A DNA stretch of 41,381 bases from Candidatus Hadarchaeum sp. GTDB lineage: Archaea > Hadarchaeota > Hadarchaeia > Hadarchaeales > Hadarchaeaceae. Below the pieces are notes generated by a model. That model had not been told where the DNA came from. It ran no database searches and saw only the letters and a list, made by a program, of their open reading frames with translations. Each line of letters begins with the position of its first letter. The stretch's first letter is position 1. A program made the position numbers and the translations under genes. Positions 25,665 to 34,528 of the stretch are shown piece by piece. The stretch is from NCBI GenBank assembly GCA_020725895.1, contig DYTO01000005.1:1200-42580 (forward strand). The letters run 5' to 3'.

Positions 25665-26837
25665 ATGAAGTATGTCGTTATCGTCGGGGACGGGATGGCG
25701 GATTACCCGATCGATGAGCTTGGGGGAAAAACACCTCTCGAAGTGGCGAACAAACCGAACATGGACGAGATGGCTGCGAAGGGGAAACTCGGCTTGGCGA
25801 AAACAATTCCAAATGGAATGCCTGCGGACTCCTCGATTGCCAATCTATCTATTCTAGGCTACGACCCGAGGAAATACTTCACTGGCCGCGGGCCGCTTGA
25901 AGCTGGCGCAATGGGGATAAAGCTCGGCGACAGGGACGTCGCGTTCAGGTGCAACCTCGTGACTGAGCGGGAGGGGCTCCTGGCCGACTACTCCGGGGGG
26001 CACATTTCAAACGACGAAGCGGCCGAGCTTTTGAACGACGTCAAGAAACTGGGGGTCGGTGAAATCTTCGCGGGCGTCAGCTACCGCCACCTCTTCGTGC
26101 TTCGGGAGTCGGATATCAATGTTGGCTGCTCCCCGCCGCACGAGATCGTCGGGGAACCGATTTCGGATAACATGATAGGGGCGAGAGGCGGCGAAACAGG
26201 GAAAAAGCTCAACGAGATAATGCTGAAGTCGATAGAAATCCTTTCCAAGCATCCGGTGAACATGAAGAGGATCAAGGCAAAGAAAAACCCGGGGAACATG
26301 ATCTGGCTTTGGGGGCCCGGAAGAAGACCGAAGCTCGAGACACTCAAGGAGAAATACGGGTTGAAGGGCGCGCTGATATCCGCCGTGAACCTGATAAAAG
26401 GAATCGGGATATACGCGGGCATGAAAATAATAGACGTGCCCGGCGCGACCGCTTACTACGACACGAATTACGAAGGCAAGGCCGACTACGCGCTAAGAGC
26501 CCTTGAGACGAGCGATTTCGCATACATCCACGTCGAGGCGCCCGACGAGGCTGGCCACGAGGGTAACCTGGAACAGAAAATCAAGACGATTGAGGACCTA
26601 GACAGGCGCCTTGTGGGCAAAATCCTCGACTGGGAGCCCCAGTGCAAAATAGCTGTGCTCCCGGACCACCCGACGCCGATAAAACTGAAAATCCACACGC
26701 CGGACCCCGTTCCCTTCGTGGTCTACGACGCGGAGATGAAAGGTGACGGGTTGAAGTTCGACGAGGCATCGGCAAAACGCGGGTCGCTGGGGACTTGCGA
26801 GGGGTACAGGTTCATGGACCTGTTTCTTAGAGCCTGA
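25665..26837 (+). CDS. apgM: ApgM-family metalloenzyme: cofactor-independent phosphoglycerate mutase, archaeal type, or the related proposed homoserine-kinase subgroup
   Basis: MKYVVIVGDGMADYPIDELGGKTPLEVANKPNMDEMA, PADSSIANLSILGYDP, FRCNLVT, and HVEAPDEAGHEGN...LPDHPTP are alkaline-phosphatase-superfamily metal sites. The ATG lies 4 nt after the upstream stop. Confidence 0.8.
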   Translation: MKYVVIVGDGMADYPIDELGGKTPLEVANKPNMDEMAAKGKLGLAKTIPNGMPADSSIANLSILGYDPRKYFTGRGPLEAGAMGIKLGDRDVAFRCNLVTEREGLLADYSGGHISNDEAAELLNDVKKLGVGEIFAGVSYRHLFVLRESDINVGCSPPHEIVGEPISDNMIGARGGETGKKLNEIMLKSIEILSKHPVNMKRIKAKKNPGNMIWLWGPGRRPKLETLKEKYGLKGALISAVNLIKGIGIYAGMKIIDVPGATAYYDTNYEGKADYALRALETSDFAYIHVEAPDEAGHEGNLEQKIKTIEDLDRRLVGKILDWEPQCKIAVLPDHPTPIKLKIHTPDPVPFVVYDAEMKGDGLKFDEASAKRGSLGTCEGYRFMDLFLRA

Positions 26838-26840
26838 AAA

Positions 26841-28007
26841 TCATTTCGGTTTTTTGAATGACTTGCGCAGGAGGAATATCGCGGCGGCTTGCGTGAGCAA
26901 GGCGTATAACAGGGTTATTGGAAATGCTATCCCCAGATCCAAGAACAGCCCGAAAATTATACTGCTGAAAAGGATGCTGACTGCATACACCGTATGGAAA
27001 ATCCCGTATGCTTTGCCCCTGCTCGCGAGAGGGGTCATGTCCGCTACTGCCGCGCGGTAAATGGATTCCCGCATACCCTCGATCAGGCCCAAAATCGCGG
27101 CTGCTATCAGAAGCACGGCAAAATTGTTCGTTAGCATCACCAGCGCTGTTGGGAAAATTGAAATCGCGAAAGGCAGGAGGAGAACCTTTCCTCTGGACTT
27201 ATCGTATGCGTGGCCGGATAGCAAGGCGGACGGCGCGTCGACGAGCTGCACAAGAGCGTAAACGAGCGGGACCAGCCAAGCCTGGCTGAGCGTCTGGGCG
27301 AAATCAGAAACGCGGAAGAGGAGTATTGCGACCGGGACCAGCCCCAGAGTATTGAACGCGACGGCACCGAGGTATGCTGGTAAATTGCCTTCAGGAGGCG
27401 ATTTGTCGCCTTTCTTTCCATCTATCGATATCTTCCCTATTGTGCGGTAGGCCCTCGTCAAAAAGAACAGCATCACGATGAATGGGATGGCCAGAACCGC
27501 GAAGGTTATCGAGTAATTCCCTGCCGTGAGCAACATTACCGCGAACAAGATGATTGGTCCCACCACTGCCCCGATTTGGTCGAGGAACTCGTGGATCCCG
27601 AACGCCTTCCCAGTCCCGACTCCATCGCTGGCGACAGACAGTATGACGTCCCTTGCAGGCGAACGGAGGGCCTTCCCCAGCCTCTCGGCCAGGATGAAAA
27701 TCGCGACCATCTGCCAGCCGTTCGCAAACGCCATCAAGGGGATCGCGATAATCAGACCATAGCCCAGAAAAGTGAACGTCCAATAGGCGTGCGTTCTGTC
27801 GGCGAAAATCCCGCTCAAAAGTCTTATTCCGTAACCAAGGAATTCTCCAAGCCCGGTCACGAGGCCGACGACCGCAGCAGAGGCGCCCAAGAAATTCATG
27901 TAATCTGGAGTGAGGCCCCTTGCCCCTTCGTAGACTATGTCCCCGAGAAGGCTGACGATGCCAAACGCGAGAATCGCCTTGTAGGCTGTCTTGGCTTTTG
28001 GTTGCAT
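26841..28007 (-). CDS. MFS transporter
   Basis: It has about 12 TM helices. LGASAAVVGLVTGLGEFLGYGIRLLSGIFADR and AERLGKALRSPARD are MFS loop 2-3-like motifs. ATG 28007 overlaps the thrS stop (TGATG), and a TTG at 28010 is the alternative start. Confidence 0.85.
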   Translation of the reverse strand: MQPKAKTAYKAILAFGIVSLLGDIVYEGARGLTPDYMNFLGASAAVVGLVTGLGEFLGYGIRLLSGIFADRTHAYWTFTFLGYGLIIAIPLMAFANGWQMVAIFILAERLGKALRSPARDVILSVASDGVGTGKAFGIHEFLDQIGAVVGPIILFAVMLLTAGNYSITFAVLAIPFIVMLFFLTRAYRTIGKISIDGKKGDKSPPEGNLPAYLGAVAFNTLGLVPVAILLFRVSDFAQTLSQAWLVPLVYALVQLVDAPSALLSGHAYDKSRGKVLLLPFAISIFPTALVMLTNNFAVLLIAAAILGLIEGMRESIYRAAVADMTPLASRGKAYGIFHTVYAVSILFSSIIFGLFLDLGIAFPITLLYALLTQAAAIFLLRKSFKKPK

Positions 28008-29902
28008 CAATCTGCACCGACGAATATTGGTCTCTTCGAGAGGCTGCGTGGCAAGGGCAGCGGCTTGAATGGGAGACCCTGGGTTTTCGCCGATATTTCA
28101 GAGCAAATCTCCTTCACCGTGAGGTGAGCGAGCTCCTTCCTCCCCCTCACCCTGACCGGGAGATTCTTCTGGTCCAGCTCCTTGTCGCCTACGACGATTA
28201 TCATCGGCACCCACTCACGCTCGGCCTCTCTCACCTTCTTCTGCACGGTCTCGCTGCGGTCGTCCACGTCCACCCTCACGCAGGATTTTTCCAGCTCGTC
28301 GGCGACCTGCTCACAGAATTTCACGTGCCTGTCGGCGAGAGCTACCAGCCTGACCTGAGTCGGCGCAAGCCAGGGGGGGAGGCTGGGTGACTTTCCGTGC
28401 TTCTGCTCGCTGTAGGCCTTTTCGAGCAGTGCATAGATCACCCTTTCCAAGCTTCCGGACGGCGAGCAGTGCAGTATCAGCGGAAGGCTCTTCTCGTTGT
28501 TTTCGTTGACGTATGAAATCCCGTACCTCTTCGCGTTCTCGTGGTCCATCTGGACGGTCGAGAGCGCGGAGGCCTTGCCGACGTTGTCCACGAAGTTGAA
28601 CTCGAATTTCGGGTCGAAGTAGGCGAAGCGGCGATCCCATATCTCAAGCAGCACGGGGCGGTTGACTAGTTTCGCCAGCGATATCACGAAATCCCTGTTC
28701 TTTTCCCAGAAGTCCTGCGTCATCCTTATCCCTGTCTCATAGTCTTCCAGGGCGAAGCCAATGTCCTTCAGGCACCTGATGCTGAGCTTGAACTGATCCA
28801 TGAATTCCTGCTTTGCCTGATCCTCGTTCCCGCATATCGTGTGCATGTCGGGCATCGTGAACGAGCGCAGCCTCCTCAGCCCCGAAAGCTCGCCGGCCTT
28901 CTCAAGCCTGAAGGAGTAGCGAGTGAGCTCGTACATCTTCAACGGGAGGTCGCGGTATGAAATATTGCTGCTCGCGGCCATCAGGAACTGCCCGAAGCAT
29001 GCGGAGAATCTAAGGAACAGCTTTTTCTTCGTCGACTTCACCGTGTATTGCCTGGCCGGGAACCTCTCCAGGTAGTCCTTGAGGGCGGGATGCTCGTAGT
29101 CGTACATTATCGGGGTCTCGATCTCCATCGCCCCGTATTCCTTCACCCTGCTGCTCATCCAGTCCTCGAGCAGGCTCTTGACCAGTCTCCCCTTCGGATA
29201 GAACCGGAAGTTGCCGGAGTCGCTGCCCGGCTCGTAGTCAAGGAGTTCCAGGCGGCGCATGAGCTGGACGTGGGGCGGCTCCTCGCGCGCCTCCCTTTGT
29301 TTTGAGATCTCGTGAATCGCGAAAAGTTTCAGGTTCTCGCTTTGGGAAAAGTTGTAGCCCGACATTTTGCCGTCCTTCAGGGAGATTTCGTGGAGCTTGC
29401 CGTCGGGCTCGAGAACTTGCCATGTGGACTTGACCTTCTCCTCCTGCTTGAGCGCCTCCGACAATTCCTCGGCCTGCTTGGCGACGTTGATCTGGCGGGA
29501 GAGCTCGCTGAGGGGGTGGCCCTTGCAGCTGACCTTGAAGGACTTGTACCATCCGAAAGGCAGGCGGTGGGCTTCCATGCCCAGCTTCTCCAGTTCGTCG
29601 CGGACGCCGTCCAGTATCCTGACGGCCGATCTCGGCGGCGCGAGAGAAGGGCTTAGGTGGGCGTACGGGTATACGGCGACGCGCTCTGCCTTCACCTGCT
29701 TGGCGACGTCTGCTACCTCCTTCGCGGCGATCTTCGCGGCGGCGGCGATGTCTTTCTCATCATCCTCTTCCACTGCCGTGAAAGCCACGAGCACCTCTTC
29801 GAAGCGGGCGGACCTTTTCTTCTGCGGCACTTTTTCTGCAGCCGGCGTCGACTGCTTGACCTCGTACTCGAGGAAATCCGAATGGACTAGCAACAACCTC
29901 AA
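28007..29902 (-). CDS. thrS: Threonine--tRNA ligase, archaeal type with an N-terminal DTD-like editing domain
   Basis: MRLLLVHSDFLEYEV...VAVYPYAHLS is the archaeal ThrRS editing domain. Class II core motifs are FRLEKAGELSGLRRLRSFTMPDMH and ILHCSPSGSLERV. An anticodon-binding C-terminus follows. Confidence 0.95.
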   Translation of the reverse strand: MRLLLVHSDFLEYEVKQSTPAAEKVPQKKRSARFEEVLVAFTAVEEDDEKDIAAAAKIAAKEVADVAKQVKAERVAVYPYAHLSPSLAPPRSAVRILDGVRDELEKLGMEAHRLPFGWYKSFKVSCKGHPLSELSRQINVAKQAEELSEALKQEEKVKSTWQVLEPDGKLHEISLKDGKMSGYNFSQSENLKLFAIHEISKQREAREEPPHVQLMRRLELLDYEPGSDSGNFRFYPKGRLVKSLLEDWMSSRVKEYGAMEIETPIMYDYEHPALKDYLERFPARQYTVKSTKKKLFLRFSACFGQFLMAASSNISYRDLPLKMYELTRYSFRLEKAGELSGLRRLRSFTMPDMHTICGNEDQAKQEFMDQFKLSIRCLKDIGFALEDYETGIRMTQDFWEKNRDFVISLAKLVNRPVLLEIWDRRFAYFDPKFEFNFVDNVGKASALSTVQMDHENAKRYGISYVNENNEKSLPLILHCSPSGSLERVIYALLEKAYSEQKHGKSPSLPPWLAPTQVRLVALADRHVKFCEQVADELEKSCVRVDVDDRSETVQKKVREAEREWVPMIIVVGDKELDQKNLPVRVRGRKELAHLTVKEICSEISAKTQGLPFKPLPLPRSLSKRPIFVGAD

Positions 29903-29976
29903 GTTTTCACCTCTGAAGAATCGATTTTCTTGCTTTAACGATTACTGTTTAAGACAAACATCGACGAGTATTAACC

Positions 29977-30741
29977 ATGCGAAGGTTCTGCTACAGGTGC
30001 GGTGCTCTCGAGGCGGATGCCGGGCCACTGATAAACGGGCTTTGCCAGAAGTGCTTCGCGGAAGGGGTCGAGCTGCTCAAGGCGCCAAGCAAGGTCAGGG
30101 TGGTGCTCTGCAAGAACTGCGAGGCATATGCATTCAAGGGAATCTGGGGTTTCTACGAGGAGGGCTCATCTCTGGATGATCTCGTGAAAGACCTGACTTT
30201 GCAATCGCTGCAAGTCGTCCAGATATCTGCAGGCGGGAAAAGCTACGTCCCGGCGCTCCTCGCCCCGGGGATGGAGATCGAGGTAAGGCCCAAGCTGGAT
30301 TCCGGCAGCGTCGAGGTTCTTGCGCGCGGCAAGATCCACGAACTTCAGAAATGGCCGATGAAGGAAACTGTCTCTATCAAGCTTGTCATCGACTACAGAA
30401 AATGCGACGTGTGCGCCCTGAAGAGGGGTAGTTACTACGAGGCGATTTTCCAGCTGAGGGGCGAAGTCGGGAGTGGCGAATACAAAAAGGCAAGGGAAGA
30501 ACTTGAGGGACTCGCCGAAGAAGAATCCAGGGTCGATCCAAAGTCTTTCATCACTTATTTCAAGATGGTCAGGGGCGGGGTCGATTACTACATCAGCTCG
30601 CTCGCGCTCGGGAGAAAGATGTCTGCCTTGCTCAAGAAGCGGGGGGTCAGGGCCAGGGAAAGCTCGAAGCTGGTCGGGCAGACGAGGGACGGGAAGAGGA
30701 AGTACCGCGTTACGATACTGACGCGGCTTCCGCAAGGCTGA
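29977..30741 (+). CDS. nmd3: NMD3-family protein (archaeal homologue of the 60S export adaptor)
   Basis: The N-terminus has CYRCG...CQKC...CKNC cysteine clusters followed by the NMD3 beta-rich domain. 254 aa. Confidence 0.75.
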   Translation: MRRFCYRCGALEADAGPLINGLCQKCFAEGVELLKAPSKVRVVLCKNCEAYAFKGIWGFYEEGSSLDDLVKDLTLQSLQVVQISAGGKSYVPALLAPGMEIEVRPKLDSGSVEVLARGKIHELQKWPMKETVSIKLVIDYRKCDVCALKRGSYYEAIFQLRGEVGSGEYKKAREELEGLAEEESRVDPKSFITYFKMVRGGVDYYISSLALGRKMSALLKKRGVRARESSKLVGQTRDGKRKYRVTILTRLPQG

Positions 30742-30751
30742 AGGCGAATAA

Positions 30752-31102
30752 ATGATATCGAAAGAGAAGATAGAGGCGAAAAATCCGGATGGGAAACGCT
30801 GGAAGAAAATCACGGCGATTTTCGACACGGACTCGGTGCAGGGTTTCGTTAGCAGAAAACTTTTGGACGAACTCGGCGTCGGCCACGATGTGCTGACGGA
30901 AACTGTGACGCTCCACGTGAAGGTGCTCGGGGACGAGTATTCATGGAAATTCAGGGTCAATGACGGTTCGCGGCAAAAAAACTATACGGACTTGGTCATT
31001 GGAGAGGAGTTCATGCGGCTTCAGGGGGTTCTGGTAAAAGAAACGTCGAAGGGCAAGAGGATAGAGTACGCGCCTGGCTATCCCCAAAGCCCGGTTATTT
31101 GA
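30752..31102 (+). CDS. Retropepsin-like (clan AA) domain protein with a non-canonical DTD motif
   Basis: 116 aa. ITAIFDTDSVQGFVSRKLLDELGV aligns to the hhhDTG(A/F)..shhs..hh..LGh block of small prokaryotic clan AA proteases. DLVIGEEFMRLQGVLV aligns to the hhLG.DhL block. Asp replaces the active-site Gly. Confidence 0.4.
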   Translation: MISKEKIEAKNPDGKRWKKITAIFDTDSVQGFVSRKLLDELGVGHDVLTETVTLHVKVLGDEYSWKFRVNDGSRQKNYTDLVIGEEFMRLQGVLVKETSKGKRIEYAPGYPQSPVI

Positions 31103-31156
31103 GGCGCGCGAAATCGGGATTTTTAAATGTTGCCACGATAGCATAAAAGGGTTGAA

Positions 31157-32839
31157 ATGGTCGAAATGAACGGATCGAAGGCATTATTCGAGGCGCTGAA
31201 TGCAGAGGGCGTCAAGCATATCTTCGGGATACCTGGCGGCTCCGTTATCCCAATTTACGACGCACTCTTTGACGAGAAGAAAATCGTCCACATCCTGACG
31301 AGACATGAGCAGGGCGCGGCACACGCTGCTGATGGTTACGCGCGCGCTTCGGGAAAGCCCGGCGTCTGCCTCACAACTTCTGGGCCGGGCGCGACAAACC
31401 TGACGACCGGGATTCTCAACGCATACATGGACAACTCGCCCGTCGTGGCGATTTCAGGTCAGGTCACTTCTTCCGCGATAGGGACGGACGCGTTCCAAGA
31501 GGCGGACATGCTTAGCTTGATGCTTCCGATAACGAAGCACAATTTCATCATTCATAAGGTGAAGGATTTGCCTGCGATAGTGAAAACGGCGTTCGATGTG
31601 GCGACGGCCGGGCGGCCCGGACCTGTGCACATAGACATCCCAAAGAACACGCAGAATGAAAAAGCGGACTTGAAAATTCCCGCGACCGTGAAGCACGAAA
31701 AAGTATTAAAGATGCAGCCAACGCCAGGCGAGATAGGCCGCGCGATCGAGATGCTCGCTCACGCGAGGCAGCCTGTGATTTACGCTGGCGGCGGCGTCGT
31801 GTGGTCGAACGCTTCCCCGGAACTTGTCGCTCTGGCCGAGATGGTGCAGACCCCTGTCGTGACCTCGCTTCTCGGGAAAGGGGTGATCCCGGAAGACCAC
31901 CCGCTCGCTCTCGGGATGCTCGGGATGCACGGGAGGATGGTCGCCAACCTCGCCGTGACGGAGTGCGATCTCCTCTTTGCCGTCGGGGTAAGATTCAGCG
32001 ACCGCGCAACCGGAGACATCAGACACTTCGCCCCGAAGGCAAAAATAATCCACATCGACATCGACCCTGTGGAAATTGGCAAGACAATCCGCGTCGACCA
32101 CCAGATCGTGGCTGACGCGAAGCTCGCGCTCAAAGGGATAATCGCCGGGTTGAAGTCCCACGTCCAGAGGGGACGGACAAGCGAGTGGGTGAAAAGGGCG
32201 GAAAAGCTGCGCAAGGAACTTGCTCCGCGCACAGACTACGATGAGGTTCCGACGAAGCCCCAGAGGGCGATCAAGGAGATAATGAGCGTTCTGAGCGGCG
32301 ACGCGATAATCACGACTGAAGTGGGGCAGTGCCAGATGTGGGCGGCGCACTTCTGTGAGATCAAGAACCCGCGCCACTTCATAAGCTCAGGAGGGCTGGG
32401 CACCATGGGCTTCGGGTTCCCGGCGGCGATGGGTGCGAAGGTCGCGTGCCCGAAGAATCCTGTCATAAACATCGCTGGCGACGGGAGCTTCCTGATGAAC
32501 TCGCAGGAGCTTGCCACAGTCGTCGAGAACGAGATTAACGTCGTTTCATGCATACTTAACAACCGCTACCTGGGGATGGTCAAACAATGGCAGGACCTTT
32601 TCTACCAGAAGAGGAGGTCGGGTGTGGGCCTTGGCAAGGTCCCGGATTTCGTTAAGCTCGCCGAGGCTTACGGCGCCTGGGGCGGGCGGGCTTCGAAACC
32701 CAGCGAGATAGCGCCGAAGCTGAAAGAGGCGCTAGCGTCCGGAAAGCCCGCTGTGCTCGACATCCCGATCGACCCGGACGAGAATGTGCTGCCGATGGTC
32801 CCCGCGGGAGGAAGGCTTGACGAGCCGATACTGACGTAG
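31157..32839 (+). CDS. ilvB: Acetolactate synthase, large (catalytic) subunit
   Basis: The ThDP enzyme shows FGIPGGSVIPIYDAL, TSGPGATNL and GLGTMGFGFPAAMGAK...GDGSFLMNSQELAT. 560 aa. Confidence 0.9.
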   Translation: MVEMNGSKALFEALNAEGVKHIFGIPGGSVIPIYDALFDEKKIVHILTRHEQGAAHAADGYARASGKPGVCLTTSGPGATNLTTGILNAYMDNSPVVAISGQVTSSAIGTDAFQEADMLSLMLPITKHNFIIHKVKDLPAIVKTAFDVATAGRPGPVHIDIPKNTQNEKADLKIPATVKHEKVLKMQPTPGEIGRAIEMLAHARQPVIYAGGGVVWSNASPELVALAEMVQTPVVTSLLGKGVIPEDHPLALGMLGMHGRMVANLAVTECDLLFAVGVRFSDRATGDIRHFAPKAKIIHIDIDPVEIGKTIRVDHQIVADAKLALKGIIAGLKSHVQRGRTSEWVKRAEKLRKELAPRTDYDEVPTKPQRAIKEIMSVLSGDAIITTEVGQCQMWAAHFCEIKNPRHFISSGGLGTMGFGFPAAMGAKVACPKNPVINIAGDGSFLMNSQELATVVENEINVVSCILNNRYLGMVKQWQDLFYQKRRSGVGLGKVPDFVKLAEAYGAWGGRASKPSEIAPKLKEALASGKPAVLDIPIDPDENVLPMVPAGGRLDEPILT

Positions 32840-32847
32840 GTGATGAT

Positions 32848-33330
32848 GTGAAGAACAGGATTTTCTCAATACTTTGTCAAAACATCCCTGGCGTGATGAT
32901 GAGGATAACCCGCGACTTCACCCGCAGACAAATCAACCTGGACTCGATAACGGTCGGCGTCGAGCCGTCAGGCCTCGCTCGGATAATCCTGATGTTCAGG
33001 GCCGACGATCACATGGCAGAGTTCATGCAGAAGGTGCTCACGCGCTTGGAGCCGATAATAAAAGTCGACGTGATAGACCCGGAGGAAGGTGTGGTCAGGG
33101 TTGTCGCCCTGATCAAGACGAAGAAGCTGGCTGGAGACGAGCACTGGAAGGTCGTGGAGAAAATCGAGCGGGCTGGCGGGAAGATAGTCGACTCCAGCGG
33201 CGGAGCCATCCTGGCTGAATTGAGCGGTGACAACGAGGAAGTCGAGAATATCATTAACGCGCTTGGCCGTGAAATCGTGACTGAAGTCGCGAGGTCCGGG
33301 CGGGTCTACATATCGAAGAAAATCGGGTAG
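32848..33330 (+). CDS. ilvN: Acetolactate synthase, small (regulatory) subunit
   Basis: The ACT domain N-terminus is IFSILCQNIPGVMMRITRDFTRRQINLDSITVG. The GTG start lies 8 nt after the ilvB stop. 160 aa. Confidence 0.85.
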   Translation: MKNRIFSILCQNIPGVMMRITRDFTRRQINLDSITVGVEPSGLARIILMFRADDHMAEFMQKVLTRLEPIIKVDVIDPEEGVVRVVALIKTKKLAGDEHWKVVEKIERAGGKIVDSSGGAILAELSGDNEEVENIINALGREIVTEVARSGRVYISKKIG

Positions 33331-33349
33331 TTTCTGAACGGGTGTGTGA

Positions 33350-33982
33350 TTGGCAATCGAAGTGATCTCCTTCGACGCGGACGGCACTCTTGTCGACACT
33401 AATTTCACTGACACCGTCTGGTTCGAGGGGATTCCAAAGCTCTATGCTGAGAGATGGGGCGTGCCGTTTGAAAAGTCTCTCAAAATCGTCAAGCGTGAAT
33501 ATGAGAGGATAGGGCCGGAAAGAATCGAGTGGTACGATTTGGATTACTGGATAAAGAAATTCTCGCTCAGCGGGAAGACGAAACTTCTCGAAGGATACAG
33601 CGATAGGGCCAGGCTTTACCCGGAGGTCAGGAGTGTTACGAAAAAACTTTTCAAGGAATATAACATAGTTATCGCTTCGGCATCCTCGAAGGTGTTTCTA
33701 GATTTGGAAATGAGGAAGACTGGAATTCGGAAATATTTCACAAGGGTTTTTTCATCGATATCAGATTTCGGGACGATTGGCAAGAGCACGGACTTTTTCA
33801 GGCATGTTTGCGAGGAGATGAAAATCCAGCCGTCGGAGTTGCTTCACGTCGGCGACAGGAGAGACCACGATTTCACGATTCCACGCAAGCTAGGGATAAG
33901 GGCGGTTCTGCTAGATCGCGAGGGAAAAATGTCTGGAAAGTGGGTCATTCACGACTTGAAAGGGATTTACAAATTCCTGTAG
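33350..33982 (+). CDS. HAD-superfamily hydrolase
   Basis: Motif I is ISFDADGTLVD. Motif II is IASASS. Motif III/IV is K...HVGDRRDHD. The start is TTG. Confidence 0.8.
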   Translation: MAIEVISFDADGTLVDTNFTDTVWFEGIPKLYAERWGVPFEKSLKIVKREYERIGPERIEWYDLDYWIKKFSLSGKTKLLEGYSDRARLYPEVRSVTKKLFKEYNIVIASASSKVFLDLEMRKTGIRKYFTRVFSSISDFGTIGKSTDFFRHVCEEMKIQPSELLHVGDRRDHDFTIPRKLGIRAVLLDREGKMSGKWVIHDLKGIYKFL

Positions 33983-33985
33983 ACT

Positions 33986-34462
33986 TCAAAAGAGGATGCC
34001 TGTGCGTTTGAGCGTGTGGATAATCACAACTATGTAAAATGCCGTGATTAAGCTGATATGAAACCACCTGTTGAAATGTGGCGGATATACTTTCTTCGCA
34101 TTTTCAGGAATCAAATTAAATCTGTACAGCCAACCTGTGGCCACCAATATTGCTACGATTATGTAAAGCGCCAGCCCCTCCCCAGTCCTCGGAGCGGTTT
34201 CTCCGGCATAGTGAAGAGAGATGAACAGAAAAGAGATGAGGCTACCAAAAATGTGGATGTTGAGAAGCACTTTGAGTTTCTCCGGGCGGCGGCGTTTCAG
34301 GAGGGAATATATCGGAGTATAGATGGCTATGAAAAATGTGCCGACCAAAGTTAGAATGTGGTCAAAATCAAGCGCACCTACTGGAAAATGCACATCGATG
34401 TAGCCGAGACGTGTCGGAACGGTCAAAATTATTGTCAAAACAATAAGCCTGTGGCTGCCCAA
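33986..34462 (-). CDS. Small polytopic membrane protein with two H-x13-H helices, a putative di-haem b-type cytochrome / minimal ferric-reductase-domain-like protein
   Basis: 158 aa with about 5 TM helices. His70 and His84 sit on one helix (NIHIFGSLISFLFISLHY). His135 and His149 sit on another (FHISLITAFYIVVIIHT). Each pair is spaced by exactly 13 residues. The start is TTG and the gene is AT-richer than its surroundings. Confidence 0.45.
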   Translation of the reverse strand: MGSHRLIVLTIILTVPTRLGYIDVHFPVGALDFDHILTLVGTFFIAIYTPIYSLLKRRRPEKLKVLLNIHIFGSLISFLFISLHYAGETAPRTGEGLALYIIVAILVATGWLYRFNLIPENAKKVYPPHFNRWFHISLITAFYIVVIIHTLKRTGILF

Positions 34463-34482
34463 AATATCTTATCTTTCCTCAT

Positions 34483-34490
34483 AAAAAAAA
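34483..34490 (-). terminator. T8 tract downstream of acyP, on the minus strand
   Basis: The A8 run on the plus strand at 34483-34490 is T8 on the coding strand. It lies 39 nt after the acyP stop. Confidence 0.45.
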
Positions 34491-34528
34491 GGACAGCCGT
34501 ATAAATATCTTTGCTGTGCCAAACCCCG

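Noticed and set aside
26841-29902. thrS plus MFS read as an antibiotic self-resistance pair (a resistant aaRS with an efflux pump).
   Set aside because: No biosynthetic genes are nearby. The ThrRS has the normal archaeal editing-domain architecture and appears to be the housekeeping copy. I report only the operon coupling.
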